Shown here one piece after another: positions 40,405 through 55,012 of a stretch of DNA of 64,000 nucleotides. The notes under the pieces were generated by a model. It ran no database searches and was not told the origin of the DNA. It worked only from the letters and a program-made list of their open reading frames with translations. Source of the stretch: Eledone cirrhosa (taxonomy: Eukaryota); assembly GCA_964016885.1 (NCBI GenBank), contig OZ024742.1:300886001-300950000 (forward strand), read 5' to 3'. How positions within the stretch are numbered: the first letter of the stretch is position 1; every line of letters begins with the position of its first letter. The position numbers and the translations under genes are program-made.

Positions 40405-40718
40405 AGCATGGCCGAGTGGTCAAGAAGTTTGCTTCGTAAACATTAGAAGTTCCATCCCAAAGCTTGGTATTTTAGTAATGTGCAATTTACCATAGCCTCG
40501 GTTTGACCCAAGCCTTATGAGTGAAATTTGGTAGACGGAAAATGTTTGAAAGCTCGTCGGATGAGCTTTACCTGTAATTCAAAGGGTTAGCCTCGTCACA
40601 CACTGTGTCATACTGAATCTCCATGAGAATTACGTTAAGGGTACACGTTAATTTCATGAGCTGGTTGTTCAGTTGATTAAACAACTAGAACACTTACCGA
40701 CGAAACCGACGGAGGTCC
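40405..40718 (+). mobile_element. Chimeric tRNA SINE
   Basis: A-box tggccgagtggt; 3' half matches 36795-36948. Confidence 0.6.
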
Positions 40719-40754
40719 ATGCCAATTCTGAAGAATGTTATGCCAAGAGGTTGC

Positions 40755-41158
40755 ATGTATAGATATCTCACACTAAACGTCATATCATATCAGAGGATAT
40801 CTCACACAGAACATGTCATATATCAGAAGATATCTTACATTAAACATGTCATATTATATCAGTGGATATACCGGCGGCTGATTGGCAGTATCGGAAAAGG
40901 GTCGGACGCCATGCTTTGCAGCATAAAGTTACGGCCCTTTACTATCTGAGTTCAAACCCTGCCGAGGTTAACTTTGCCTTTCATCCTTACGGGGTCGATA
41001 AAATAAAGTACCAGTAATGTACTGGGATAATTGCTGGCCTTGTGCCAAAAGTAGAAACAATTATATCAGTGGATATCTCACCCTAAATATGTCATATATC
41101 AGAAGATATCTCATAGTAAACATGTCATATATCGGAAGATATCTCACACTAAACATGG
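40755..41158. repeat. ~33-bp minisatellite interrupted by a SINE (40872-41060) with TSD
   Basis: Unit gatatctcacactaaacatgtcatatatcagaa; attatatcagtggatat duplicated around the SINE. Confidence 0.75.
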
Positions 41159-41227
41159 TTAGACATTAAAATGGGAGGAGAGATGCGAATGGCATCAATA
41201 TGCGAATGATATTAATATTAGTAAATA

Positions 41228-42170
41228 ATTGTTTCTACCTTTGGCACAAGGCTAGCAATTATCCCAGTGTATTACTGGTACTTTATTTTATCGAGGATTT
41301 TTTAAGGATGAAAGGCAAAGTTAACCTCGGCGGCATTTGAACTCAGACTGTAAAGGGCCGTAACTCTATGCTGCAAAGCATGGCGTCCGACTCTCTACCA
41401 ATACTGCCAATCCACCGCCCTAATATTAGAAAATAATGGTTTCTTATATAGGCAAAAGGCCAGCAATTTTAGGGGAGGGGAAAGTCGATTAACTTGACCT
41501 CAGTGCATTACTGGTACTTCATTTTATCGACTCTGTAAGGATGAAAGGCAAAGTTAACCTCGGCGGGATTTGAACTCAGACCGTAAAGGACCGTAACTCT
41601 ATGCTGCAAAGCATGGCGTCCGACCCTCTACCGATACTGCCAATCCACCGCCCTTTATTAATATTAGAAAATAATGAAATAAAAAGATGTTTTGTTTTTT
41701 CCTTGTTCCTCATTTATTTATCCCTTTATCATATTTGTTTCATCATTGTCTATTGTTAACACCACCACCACCCTCTCTTCTCTTAGATAATGTGTAAACA
41801 AGAGAAACTCTTTGATAATGGTTTCTTTATATTTTTTTTTATAATAATGGTTAATTTGCCAGGCCAGTGGATTGGCAGTATCGGTAGAGGGTCGAACGCC
41901 ATGCTTTCGAGTTCAAATCCCACCGAGGTTAACTTTGCCTTTCATCCTTACGGGGTCGATAAAATAAAGTACCAGTAATGCACTGGCTAATTGCTGGTCT
42001 TATGCCAAAAGTAGAAATAATTATTATTTGTGGTCGGACGGCATGCTTTGACACATAGAGTTACGGCCCTTTCCATTCTGAGCACAAATCCCGCCGAGGT
42101 TAACTTTGCCTTTTATCCTTACGGGGTCGATAAAATAAAGTACCAGTAATGTACTGGATAATTGCTGAAA
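41228..42170. mobile_element. Cluster of four tRNA/Nin-type SINEs (two -, two +)
   Basis: Same motifs as 1711-2400. Further copies at 42965-43130, 46150-46335, 46453-46668 and 47422-47627. Confidence 0.85.
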
Positions 42171-43127
42171 CAATTATTATCAAGGAGTTTCTATTGTTAT
42201 TTCCACCGAGACCGGAACACTTCACAACAATGGACCTTGACTTGAAGTGTGTTACGGCACCATTGACTTGCTGAGAATATGGGTCATCAGGAGGTAATCT
42301 GAGGCAAGACATAGAAGTGGTTGTGTTCGTGGTGGTGATGGTGGTGGTAGTGGTGGTGGTGATGATGGTGGTGGTGGCGTTGGTGCTGGTGCTGGTCGTG
42401 ATGATGGTGGTGGTGGCGGTGGCGGTGGCGGTGGTGATGATAATGATGATGATGATGGTGGTGATGGTGGTGGTGGTGGTTGTGAAGATGATTATTAGGA
42501 TGAGGATAATGATGATGATGATGATGATAATGAGGATGATAATGATGATGATGATGATTAATACGATGATGATGTACGCGGTGGGGATTGTTATTCAGTG
42601 AAGATAGAGGTCCTTATAGCCAGATAGACACACACACACACACATACACACACACACACTAACTCACACACACACACAGATTAAACAAACAGAAATATCC
42701 TTGGCACATTCAGGAAATCCAGTTGGTACCTGTCAGATGGAACTGAACTTTTTTAGACTAACCTCACACAATCCAAACGAGTGTCTAAGAGGCCATTCTA
42801 GTCACCCACTCATAATGGTTTCTGATTTAGGCACAAGGCCAGCAATTTGGGAAAGGGGATATATATTTAATATATATATTTAATATATCTATCTATCTAT
42901 CTATATATATATATATATATATATATATCTAAGGCGGGTAAAATTCCCGAGATAATATATAAATAATTGTTTCTACTTTTGGCACAAGGCCAGGAATTAT
43001 CCAGTACATTACTGGTACTTTATTTTATCGACCCCGTAAGGATGAAAGGCAAAGTTAACCTTGGCGGGATTTGAACTCAGACAGTAAAGTGCCGTAACTC
43101 TATGCTAGAAAGCATGGCGTCCAACCC

Positions 43128-43709
43128 TCTATATATATAAAACTGAGGATGTCTGTCTGTGTGTGTGTGAGTTTGAATCCCTAAAACTAGAGAACCACCC
43201 AACCGACTGTTTTCAAATTTTACACATGTAATACTTATGTTTCAGGGAGTGTTCTGAGCAAAAAGAATTTCAAATTTTCAATGCCGACATCGGGCGATTT
43301 AGCGATCTCTCTCTATAATTCTTAGTCTTTCTCTTTTTAGATAGATACATACATATAACGTCGCACCCTTATAATCTGTCTGTATGTCTGCTGTCTGCAT
43401 TACGTCACTTCCTACAATTCGCTCTGCGTCCAGAACGCGCCCTTATAATATCTGTCTGTATGTCTGGCTGTCTGCTGCCTCCGGTTATTCTGCTACCCTT
43501 GCTCAAGACAAATCTCATACTCATTCCCCAAACAGTTGGTAAGTGCACACAACTTCTTCCTCACGTTTTAAGCCACAGTGTTGCTTACTTACGTACCACC
43601 AGACCCTTACTTCTTTGCCAGCCGTGGTTGTGGCAATACTAAGCTTAGCTAAGGCGGTTATATATTTCACAATACCTTATCCCGTGCAACGCCGGGAACC
43701 ACTGCTAGT
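43128..43709 (+). mobile_element. Non-autonomous Helitron
   Basis: 5' TCtatatatataaaactgagg; 3' cccgtgcaacgccggg-aaccactg-CTAG-t. Confidence 0.75.
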
Positions 43710-44004
43710 TGAATATAAAAGAGAGATAAACACAGGTATATACATATACTGGTCCCTTACGATTTGAACACATATATGTATATACCTGTGTTTATCTCTC
43801 TTTTATATTCAATTATAATATACGGCTCAGAAAAATCTCGTTCCTAGAGTTATTTTATTGTAAGACACTATTTTGAGTTTCTAACTCAATATATACCTTT
43901 GATATATATATATGTATGTAAAAGGTAAACAGAAATAATATCACAATCTGAATAGTATATGGAAGGAATATATTAGGTTAACGCTTGATATAGCAGGAAG
44001 AGGG

Positions 44005-44040
44005 TCTTAACGTTTCGGACGCTAGTCCTTCATCAGAAGA
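44005..44040 (-). ncRNA. Minimal hammerhead ribozyme (Penelope pLTR)
   Basis: tctt-CTGATGA-a-ggac-tagc-gtcc-GAAA-cg-TT-aaga, with palindromic AACGTT stem III. Confidence 0.8.
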
Positions 44041-44379
44041 AAGAATGAGAAATAAGATAGATTGAGGGGACGGCCAGGTTGGAATTGGAAAAAATGTCTT
44101 TAGATAAAAATAACAGGTCCATTCATGTTGACATCTCTGGCAAAACTATTGGTGCTGGCGTTTTGTATATGATTTATATTTTTAAAAAGTGGATGATGGA
44201 GCGCGTCTGTGTATGTATATAACAAAGAAAGTGTGGTAGGGGACCAGGTGGACCATAACGCACCAGAGTACTCGATACTTAGGGTAGTAGAGTGGGTAAT
44301 AGGAAATGGGGTCCTGACTCTTTTCATATATATATATGTGCATATATGGTACACCTGGTTCCTTACCACACTTCCTTCG

Positions 44380-44423
<44 letters not shown>

Positions 44424-44571
44424 ACAATAACGCACCGGAGTACTCAATACTTAGGGTAGTAGAGTGGGTAATAGGAAAATGTTCCAGACCCTGACGGCAG
44501 AACTCAAGCCGTTTCGACGGCTATTTCTGTCCGGCGAAACGACTTGAGCTCTGCCGTCGGGGGTCTTGAAC

Positions 44572-44613
<42 letters not shown>

Positions 44614-44727
44614 ATTGTAACGTCCAATTACTGTAGGCTCACCAAAGTGAACGCGCGTCACACCTCAATAACTGTAATGAAGAGCTAACACTTCGTCCTT
44701 CGTCCTTCGTCCTTTTTATTATTAGTA

Positions 44728-44816
<89 letters not shown>

Positions 44817-44824
<8 letters not shown>

Positions 44825-45102
44825 TAAAAAAATAATGAATAAAACAATGAAACAGTTCCTTATATTAAACAAATAAAGTTCATTATTTAACGATCGTTTC
44901 TAGGACATATATGTGTTAGAATTGGCATGCATATTCAACAGATCTATGTACAAAATTGTATAATTTTGTACATAGATCTGTTGAATATGCATGCCAATTC
45001 TAACACATATATGTCCTAGAAACGATCGTTAAATAATGAACTTTTTTTGTTTAATATAAGGAACTGTTTCATTGTTTTATTCATTATTTTTTTAACATTT
45101 TA
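44817..45102. repeat. Near-perfect palindrome with ~140-bp arms
   Basis: Centre caaaatt-gtat-aattttg (44951-44968). The right arm contains GAAA-cgatcg-TTA. (TA)n lies on the left. Confidence 0.9.
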
Positions 45103-45234
45103 TCTTGACTCTGTATTCCGTTTATCTTTCACCGAAAGTGATTTTTGAATGCATCTCTTCTTTCCATGATATCCGGATTACATTGAGTTCTTCATACGGA
45201 TTGGACACTACCGTAAACTTTTGGTAGATTTATC

Positions 45235-45274
<40 letters not shown>

Positions 45275-47169
45275 TACATGTAATTTAGAGTGTGTTTGTT
45301 TATCTAAGTATGTGTTTGGTATGTGTGTGTTGTGTGTGTGTGTGTGTGTATGTGTTTGCGTGTGGTGAGTCATGCTTGTGTGTGGTGTGATATATGTGGT
45401 GTGTGTGGTGTCGTGTACGTGTAATGTGGTGCGTTATGTATGTGTATATGCGTGTGCGCGCGTACATACAAATGAGAGTGCATGTTAACGAAGGAAAGTA
45501 TATACAAATGGCGTGCCAACGATATGAACTCGCAAACACCGATTTAATTAAGGAATGTCCTGTGGCACGTCTATTTCTTGCCTTCAAAACCATCAGCAGC
45601 TACACCAGTTAATTTGTAAATTTGGCAACAGTGAAACTCGCCTCTTACATTCCCTTTGAAAAATGTATGCAGCTAAAACTGTTGTCCTGAATATTTGTAA
45701 ATTCTCTAAGGACACATGTAAATGTGCAGTATTCGTATGTAGAGAAGTGTAAGCAAGTTTAGTAGCTGCATAATGGTCTCGTGATACGGATTCAAACCAT
45801 CCTTGTTCTAAATTGAGTATTCTTTACTACTATCACGATGGAAGTAAAATTATACATTAATTAAAGAGAATAATTAACCGCCCAAATAGATTATAACGTG
45901 CACACACTATTTAGACTATATTATTGATTTTCAAAGCCTCCATATCCTGGATGGTTCCTATCTCGACAGAATTTTACTTTTTAGAGCTTCACCCTAATAT
46001 TCAATGATGAAACATCAGAAACCCACAGCTTTACTAGCCATAAGCCAGCTACAACTTTATCAGAAATTATCATGATGTCCATTGAGGAATACAAAATATG
46101 ACCATACTACAGACTTATTGCTGTAATTTTACTGTTGTGAAATTTTACTGCGGTGGATTGGCAGTATCGGTAGAGGGTCGGACGCCATGCTTTCCAGCAT
46201 AGTTACGTCCCTTTACGATCTGAGTTCAAATCCCGCTGAGGTTGACTTTGCCTTTCATCCTTACGGGGTCGATAAAATAAAGTACCAGTAATGCACTGGG
46301 TAATTGCTGGCCTTGTGCCTAAAGTAGAAACAATTATTAATTCTTTTTATTTGCCACAAGGGCCAACAAAAAGGGGGAACAATACAATAGACAGGGACAG
46401 TGGGAGTTTACACTGAAATTGAGTAGAAAGAAATTAACAAACAAATAACAATGATTTCTACTATAGGCACAAGGCCAGCATTTTTTTTTTTTGTGTGGGG
46501 GGGGGGGGGTCGATGAAATTGACCCCGGTACATTACTGGTGCTTATTTTATCGACCCCGCAAAAGTGAAAGGCAAATCTAACTTTGGCGTAATTTGAACT
46601 CAGAACGTAGAAAGTCATAACTCTATGCCACAAAGCATGTTCTTCGACGCTCTAACGATACTGCCAATACAACAACAACAACAGCAACAACAGCAACAAC
46701 ACGCACTAATTAAAAACACTAATCTCATATTAGATAAAGAAATACCAATTTTGAAGAAAGGAACATTAATTAAAAAACTCTAATATCATATTAGATAAAG
46801 AAACATCGATAAGAGATTTAGACCAAACACGGACCTACGAATACTTAAGAATTAATTGACAAGGCAGAGTACAACACACGCTGATGAAAGAACATTTTAG
46901 TAAGAAGAAATATTATAGATACATTAGGTTAATATTTGAATAACTTTATATATTGTTTATAATTCTTACAGAATGAAAATGTACACAGAAATAATATATA
47001 ATATACTTAATTACATAACTATTCCACATTAAAATATAAAATTAAAACGAAAGAAAATATATTATAATCATGAGCGAGAGAAAGAAAAAAAAAGAAAAAA
47101 AGGGGTGAGGAAGCAAAACTGAAAACGACCATCAATTCGCCACCAAGTGTGACACCTCGCAAGGGGCAA

Positions 47170-47262
47170 CGGAATATTTTGAGGCAAGCCAACACGCTCG
47201 CAGCATTACCACGGGTGATGGCGAGGCTAAGACGCTGAAACAAACAGACGCCGAAACAACCC
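47170..47262 (-). mobile_element. CRE 3' end fragment
   Basis: LFQRLSLAITRGNAASVL. Confidence 0.65.
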
Positions 47263-47689
47263 TCAAGGGCATAGTTTAAAGCTAAGCAGAATAACTTCCA
47301 AACCGTATTACAAAATATGAGATCTAAATATAACCCAAACTCCAGCATATTAAATGATAACAGCCCCCTTAAGTAAATACTGAAACAACAGAGAAATATG
47401 TAATAATTATAGCCACAATAAAGGCACAAGGCCAACAATTTTGGAGAGAGGGGAAAGTCGATTAAATCGACCTCAGTGCATTACTGGTACTTCATTTTAT
47501 CGACCCCGTAAGGATGAAAGGCAAACCTAACTTCGGCAGGATTTGAATTCTGAACGTAAAGGGATGTAAGTCTATGCCGCGAAATATGGCGTCCGACGCT
47601 CTACCGATACTGCTAATGCACCGCCCTCAATTAAATACTACAATAATGAACTACAACCCGTTATAAAACTAATTTATCACAGCAAATAT

Positions 47690-47942
47690 ACAGACATGTG
47701 GTTAGAATATCTCAGGAAATAATTGCTAGACCGATTTTACAGGTAAAAACCAACCGGCAGGAAATCCAGGGGTAGACCTCGAGCAAGGTGGTTAGATAAC
47801 ATCTATGACCTCGGGTGTTCTCGCCTGGGGATCCAACCGGATCAATTGGTGACGGTTGCTTCTTACAGATCCCATTGGAAAACATGTTTCAGGACTCTGC
47901 CTCCACGACCCTCCCAGGAATAAGTGGACAAAGAAGAAGAAA
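47690..47942 (+). mobile_element. RTE LINE 3' fragment
   Basis: Homologous to the reverse of 2811-3060; (GAA)n tail. Confidence 0.75.
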
Positions 47943-48495
47943 AGGAAATCTTTTAAAATCTCTTTGTTCACTAATCAGCGGTTTTTACATATGTGTGCGT
48001 TCTTGGTGTTCAATGCGAAGGGCTTCTAAAAAAAATGTTAATAAAATCCTTCATAGAAAGGTTTTCTATAGAAAAATTACATTGCTTACATAATTTTCCC
48101 CGTATGTAGAGCAAGAATTTCCGTCAAATTTTCTTTAGTGTGACGCAAACAAACTGATCTGAAAACTTGAGTTTTTCACTTATATATTACCAGTCACCAG
48201 AGGATCGGGAACGAGAAAAAAACAACACATATTTGAATAAATTATATTACACTTCACTTAACAACCTTAAGCATTTTCTTCTGCTTAATTCCATATCACA
48301 TTGGTATGTGGCCACCACAGTCCATTATATATATATATAAATATAATTCTATATGTGCGTGTGTGTGTGTGCATGCACGTGTGTGTGTATATATACATAA
48401 ATATGCATACACTGTGTACATATATTGACATGTTAATACGCACACATTCACAAACATATATATGCATATTCAAACACTCATGTGTGTGTGTATAT

Positions 48496-48581
<86 letters not shown>

Positions 48582-48840
48582 AACACACACATATGTGTGT
48601 GTGAGTGTGTATAAACTATATAAACATACATGTATGTGTAAGTTTAATTAAAGGATGTTGTTCTGAGGAGAGATTGCAAAGATTATTTTAACTTTGATTC
48701 AGGCACTTATTAAACTTGATGAAAATGTTTGCAACGAGACGAGAAGAGTGTTACTTTTGCGGTTTACACTACTTCTACTGGCCACATCCTATACTTCTTC
48801 ACAGACAGACACACAGACAGACACACAGACAGACACACAC

Positions 48841-48960
<120 letters not shown>

Positions 48961-49105
48961 CTTAAGCCGTTTCGACGGCTATTTCATTTCTGGACAGAAA
49001 TAGCCGTCGGAGTTAAACCTTTTCCTATTACCCACTCTACTACCCTAAGTATTGAGTACTCTGGTGCGTCATGGTCCATCTGGTTCCTTACCACACTTCC
49101 TTCGT

Positions 49106-49248
<143 letters not shown>

Positions 49249-49355
49249 GGTGTGTGTAAAAGGTGTATGTAAAAGGTAAACAGAAATAACAACACAATTG
49301 GTACAGTATATGGAAGGTATATATTAGGTTAACGCTTGAAATAGCAGGAAGAGGG

Positions 49356-49391
49356 TCTTAACGTTTCGGACGCTAGTCCTTCATCAGAAGA
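49356..49391 (-). ncRNA. Minimal hammerhead ribozyme (Penelope pLTR)
   Basis: Identical to 44005-44040. Confidence 0.8.
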
Positions 49392-49538
49392 AAGAATGAA
49401 AAATAAGATAGATTGAAGGGACGGGCGGGGTGGAATTGGAAAAAATGTCTTTAGATAAAAATAACAGGTCCATTCATGCTGACATACATGTATGAATACA
49501 TATTCATATATGTGATATGTGCTTATTTTGCACCTCCC

Positions 49539-49606
<68 letters not shown>

Positions 49607-49609
<3 letters not shown>

Positions 49610-50854
49610 ACTTGGGTAAAAATATCTAACCCAGAGAACCCATTCGATGTCTCAATGGGCTCTTATGACAGTGCCGAGGTTTGTGATCTGGTCGGCCTAT
49701 TCCTCTTACATACACTTAAAGAAAAATTTCCTAACCATATTTTGGGGCTTTATCGCGACGATGGTCTAATACTTTCCCATACCACCATAGGCCATAACTT
49801 AGATATATTAAGGAGAGACTTAATAAAAACCTTCGCTAGTTTTAATCTTAAAATTACTATTGACACTAACCTTTCCAACGTAGATTTCCTAGATATAAAC
49901 CTAGATTTGCCTACTGCTTCTTATAAACCATACCATAAACCTAACAAAAACTTAAAATATATAAATAAAGGATCTTGCCATCCACCTATAGTTTTTAAAA
50001 ACCTTATCCCTAATATTAGCCGTAGGATCTCCACCCTCTCTTCCTCAGAAGCTATTTTTAATAAGGCATCCCCCTACTATAATAAAGCCCTCCAAAATAG
50101 CGGCTTTAGCGAACCGATTAAATACATACCTAACTATACTAACTCTATTAAACATAAAAATAGGAAAAGAAAAATAATTTGGTTCACACCCCCCTACTCT
50201 CTAGCAGTTAAAACTAATGTAGGCAAAAAATTCCTTGAACTCCTAGATAAACATTTCCCTAGAACACATAGATACTATAAGATCTTTAACAGAAACTGTG
50301 TTAAAATTAGCTATTCCTGCGGTCCCCCTATTAAGTCCTATATCCTCAACAAAATATCACCTAGAGAAAATCAAACTTGCTCCTGTAGAATCAAAAGTGA
50401 ATGCCCATTACAAGGTAAATGCAACACCAAAGCCATTGTATATGCGGCTAAAGTGACAACCATCAGCAACAACCATCCAGCCACCAGTGAACCATATGTG
50501 GGTATGACGCAAGACAAATTCAAAACGCGTTATTACTCACATGTCGCATCCTTTCGACATCCAGAAAAAAGATTTACAACAGCTCTGGCTAGCAGAATTT
50601 GGGATTTGAAAGACCAAGGCATCCAATATAAACTAGATTGGTCAATTTTGAACCAATCTAAAAAATATGCTAGAGGAACAAGAAAATGCACGCTCTGCAT
50701 AAACGAAAGATTTTGGATATTGCAAAATCTAAAATCACCAAAGACCTGCCTGAACACAAAGACGGAAATTTTCACCAGTTGCCCACACATGAAATCACAC
50801 CTGCTTTCCAGCTCATATAAACTTAACACACTTTCAGATACTTATCCTCCATAA
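49607..50854 (+). mobile_element. 5'-truncated Penelope-like (Naiad-like) ORF: RT C-half + GIY-YIG, uninterrupted; 3'UTR to ~52260
   Basis: FDVSMGSYDSAEVCDLVG, GLYRDDGL, DFLDI, CSCR..ECPLQGKC..AIVY...YVGMT..FKTRY..H, CTLC..E. Confidence 0.9.
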
Positions 50855-51247
50855 ACTCTTATTATTCTCTTTTTAATTACCCTTTCTGACTTACTTTCAT
50901 TTTTATCCTTGTCAATAATTTCATTTATTTTTATTTTTATTTTTACTTCACATCCACCCCCCCCCCTTTATTCTCCGATTCACTTTCCATTTTTTACTTC
51001 CCCTTCTTTTACTTCCCTTTTTCCTCCACTAACTGATTACACTTGTCTTTTGTGTTTTTCAATCCAGATATATTTTTCATTTTTATTTTTATTTTTATTT
51101 TATTTTTGCGCAGCCTATCTTACAATTTTATATTTGTACTTATTTATCCACAAGTTTTTTACACCCTGTATCAATATGGCTGAACGCCTTAATGTGTGTA
51201 TACTTTTATATATGTACATGAGTGACTACGTATGTGCGCGCGCGTAC

Positions 51248-51283
<36 letters not shown>

Positions 51284-52084
51284 GCATATATATATATATG
51301 TGTGTGTATATGAGTGTGTGTGTGTGTGTATGTATATATTATGCGTATGTGTATGTGTCTTTATATCCGTGTTTTTGACATCTCGGTTTTATGTTTTGTT
51401 CCTTTTTTCTTCTCCCCCCCCCTTTCCTTTTTTTTACTCACTCAGTTTTATGCGTGTGCATGCAAACAGGTTCATATGCGTGAGTATAAGTATGTGTGTG
51501 TGTGTGTGTGTGTGTGTATGTACGTATCGAACGTATGGATGTGTAAGTGCGCGTGTGTATATAAGCATATATATTTTTACATTTCTTTTGTGAGACATGC
51601 GTGTCTGTGTATGTATGTACCCCTTTTTTTGTCTTCTTTTCTTTAATTTTTTCTTTCTAAAAATATTTTTTCTTTCTAATTTATCGTTACATTTCTATAA
51701 ATATATCGAGATTGATACTTTTCTTTTAATTATTACACTCCCTTACCTCTTTTACTTCCGCATCTAAGTGTACGAGTGTGCAGGCCTTTTATGCGCGCGC
51801 CTTCATATTCATATATTTATGATGTAACTATTCTGTCTGTAGATTACAGACATATTGATACATTTGCCCTAAATTTTAGAATTACGCACACTTTCTCACT
51901 ATACGTATACATGTGTGCATATACATATATGCACATCTGTGAGCGTATATACATACATATACACACACCTAACTATATTTCTTGATAGATTTTTATATAT
52001 TTCAATTTCTATTTCATTTGTCTATATCTTTTTTTTTGATTTTCTTGATGAGTTTTTCTAAGTATTTACCCATGTTTTATATTG

Positions 52085-52154
52085 CCTCGTCTGACGAACG
52101 AATGAAGTCGTTTATTTCGTATTCGCCTCATTCGGGAAATCTCTGGTAATGAGG
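52085..52154 (+). ncRNA. Hammerhead ribozyme in the 3' pLTR
   Basis: cctcgt-CTGACGA-a-cgaatga...tcattcg-g-GAAA-tctctgg-TA-atgagg. Confidence 0.7.
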
Positions 52155-52255
52155 TAATTATATTGTATTGATTTTTATACATTAAATTTTGCTCTGATAC
52201 TTACATAGAGCACTCTTCATTTCTATTACCTTTTCTGTTTCCAACGGAAATTTCA

Positions 52256-52310
<55 letters not shown>

Positions 52311-52445
52311 AAGTTATATTTAAAATTGTTGGGTTACAACTAGTAAATATTTATAACTGATATAAAAGCACTCGACAAATATTTGGAGTATATTTACAAT
52401 ATTAAATAAATGGAAAACTATATTTATAAAACCATATTTATTTCA

Positions 52446-52500
52446 TTATATATATTTCGGGGATATCATATTAACAATATGCTATGCCTTCATCAGACAA
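52446..52500 (-). ncRNA. Hammerhead ribozyme in the 3' pLTR
   Basis: ttgt-CTGATGA-agg...ccc-GAAA-tata-TA-taa; homologous to 23957-24012. Confidence 0.6.
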
Positions 52501-52850
52501 AATACAATATAAACAGTTTTATAGATAAATATATTCGACATACCGTAATAAACATCAACTTCTTTTGAAGAGGTTTACGCTAGCAGTGAAAATACAGAGA
52601 GAAAGAAAGAGAGAAAGAAAAGATGGAAAAAAAAAACGAAGAGAAGGAAGAAAAAGAAGAAAAAGAAAAAAGAAGAAATGCATGGAACAAAATAGAGAGA
52701 TGGAAAAATAGATAAAGCGAAGAGCTTCATGTAAAGAGACAGAAAGATATATATAGAGAGAGAGAGAGAGGAAATAGAGATAGATACATATATATATATA
52801 GAAAATTAGGTAGTGGGAGGTCATTTTGAGTAAGTGTATCAATGATACAT

Positions 52851-52885
<35 letters not shown>

Positions 52886-53986
52886 GCTCAAGTATTAATG
52901 TAAGGGAGATATATAGAGAGATATAGAGAGATATAGAGAGAGAAAAAAAATTTAAAAATAGCCAGACATATTCGAGGCGTAGAAAACCCTATGTTTTAAT
53001 GTATTAGTATTTATAAAACTTACACTATATTGTAAATATCAGTATTCCTGAATGAAACAAGTATTCACAATGTGTGAAAATTCATTATCTTATGTTTAGT
53101 TTTAAACAATTCATATGTTTATGTGACAGCTACAAACATCAATGTGAATCCAACTGATTCACTCCGCAAACTATAAGTTACCGGAAAACATTCTCAATGT
53201 GGTATAAAAATTTGAGCATATTATTATTCTTGCGATTACTCTACAAGATTATCTATCAAGCAGAAATAGAGAGCAGATTTCAATATACTAATCGAAAATA
53301 TATATTATATTATAAACAAAGATAACAATAATAATAATAATAATAATAAGTAAAAATATATAAAAATATAGAATAGAAAACTAAAAAAATAGAAAACTAA
53401 AAAAATATTACGAAAGAATATTACATAATAAAAATATTGCATATTAAAAATACTACGTATTAAAAAATATTACGTATTAAAAATTTACATATAAAAATAT
53501 TAAAAATAAAAAAATAAAAAATAAAAATATTATAGAATACTACAATACTAAAAGAATAAAAATAAAAATAAAAATAAAAATAAAAATAAAAATAAAAATG
53601 AAAATAAAAATAAACCACAAAGAACAACCCTTCAAAGTTAATTGACAATATATTGCCAAGTTCATTACAAGACAAAGCCAAAAATTATCTATCAAATCAC
53701 ATCTAGCAAAGAATATCGCAAAAAAAAAAAGATTATGATGTCCAATAATGTCTACATATGTTCCTATATTTAATATAGAAGTTTATCTAGTGTAAGGTTA
53801 ATTCAAAAAATTTGGAGCATCGGCTTTTAGGGTAGCTTAATTTTTCATGAGGAATGTTTAGATAAAAATAAAAATAAATTAAATAAATTAAACAAAAAAA
53901 AAAGAGTAAAAAGAGGGAATCAAAGATTTAGGAATCAAAAGATTTATCGGCTAGTTCTCATATAAATATAAATCAAACTAAATATA

Positions 53987-54520
53987 CTACATTTTAAATT
54001 TAAATTTATATTTAAACGTTGAGTTTAATCTATGTTTGCAACAACTGAATAAATTTGTCCGTAGGTTAAGGGAATTTTTAGATTTTAGTATAAAGAATAT
54101 CTCCTCTGCGCAGAGGTCACATGTCTCAGAGGATGAATTAAAAGGAATCCCTCTTGAGACTATATTCCAAGCCGTCGAATATCTAACGTTATCTAGCTTA
54201 AGTTGCCAGAGTACCCCTGATAGTGCCGTTGAAGATTTTTTATTTGGATCTGTGAAAGAATTCTTGTGGTTATTATAGCGAAGTTTAAATTCCGTCGATG
54301 TGGAACCGACGTAGTTAAAAGAATTAGAGTCAGTATTAACATTACAATTGTATACTATATTTTTAACTAAGCAGTTGTTATTTAACGGACATTTAGATCT
54401 ATCTCTACAGTTACATTTGTTAACTTGTATATTATTTATGCTATTATCAGTAGGTTTTAAGTTCCTATTATTTATTCTATTAATATTTTGTGCTAAATAT
54501 TTTGTGCTAAATATTTTGTG
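53987..54520 (-). mobile_element. Penelope GIY-YIG 3' fragment (no start codon, absent from the ORF track); element extends to ~52306
   Basis: Manual translation: KCNCRDRSKCPLNNNCLVKNIVYNCNV...YVGSTSTEFKLRYNNHKNSF...CDLCAEE...SCCKH, stop at 53987-53989. Confidence 0.85.
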
Positions 54521-54592
<72 letters not shown>

Positions 54593-54729
54593 GTAGAACA
54601 CTGGTGGGTTATATCCGTAGTAGTAGACCACTCAGTCTATGGGACGAGTTTGGTAGTAGTTCCACAACAGGAGGCTAGGGCCTCAAAAAAAGCTTAATCC
54701 TACCCTGATACATACATACATACATAATA

Positions 54730-54832
54730 CATTCTTGCGATTCAAGGGATGACAATTTCTTTTCTTTTACAACCTTGCCACCAGGAAGGTGGCCGGTCAA
54801 AAAAAATACTCGAAATTAAGAGAAAGAGATAA
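54730..54832 (+). mobile_element. R4/Dong family 2, short 3' end
   Basis: Matches 71-174; CATA flanks. Confidence 0.75.
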
Positions 54833-54850
54833 CATTCATACATACATACA

Positions 54851-54979
54851 TGATGGCTGCCTACTCGTTATCGAGTATGGCCATTGCACGAGGAGAAAAA
54901 AAAAATAAAATAAAATAAAATTAAAATAAAAAAAAAATTAATAAATAAATAAAAAAGAAAATAAAAATTAAAAAAAGAA

Positions 54980-55012
<33 letters not shown>

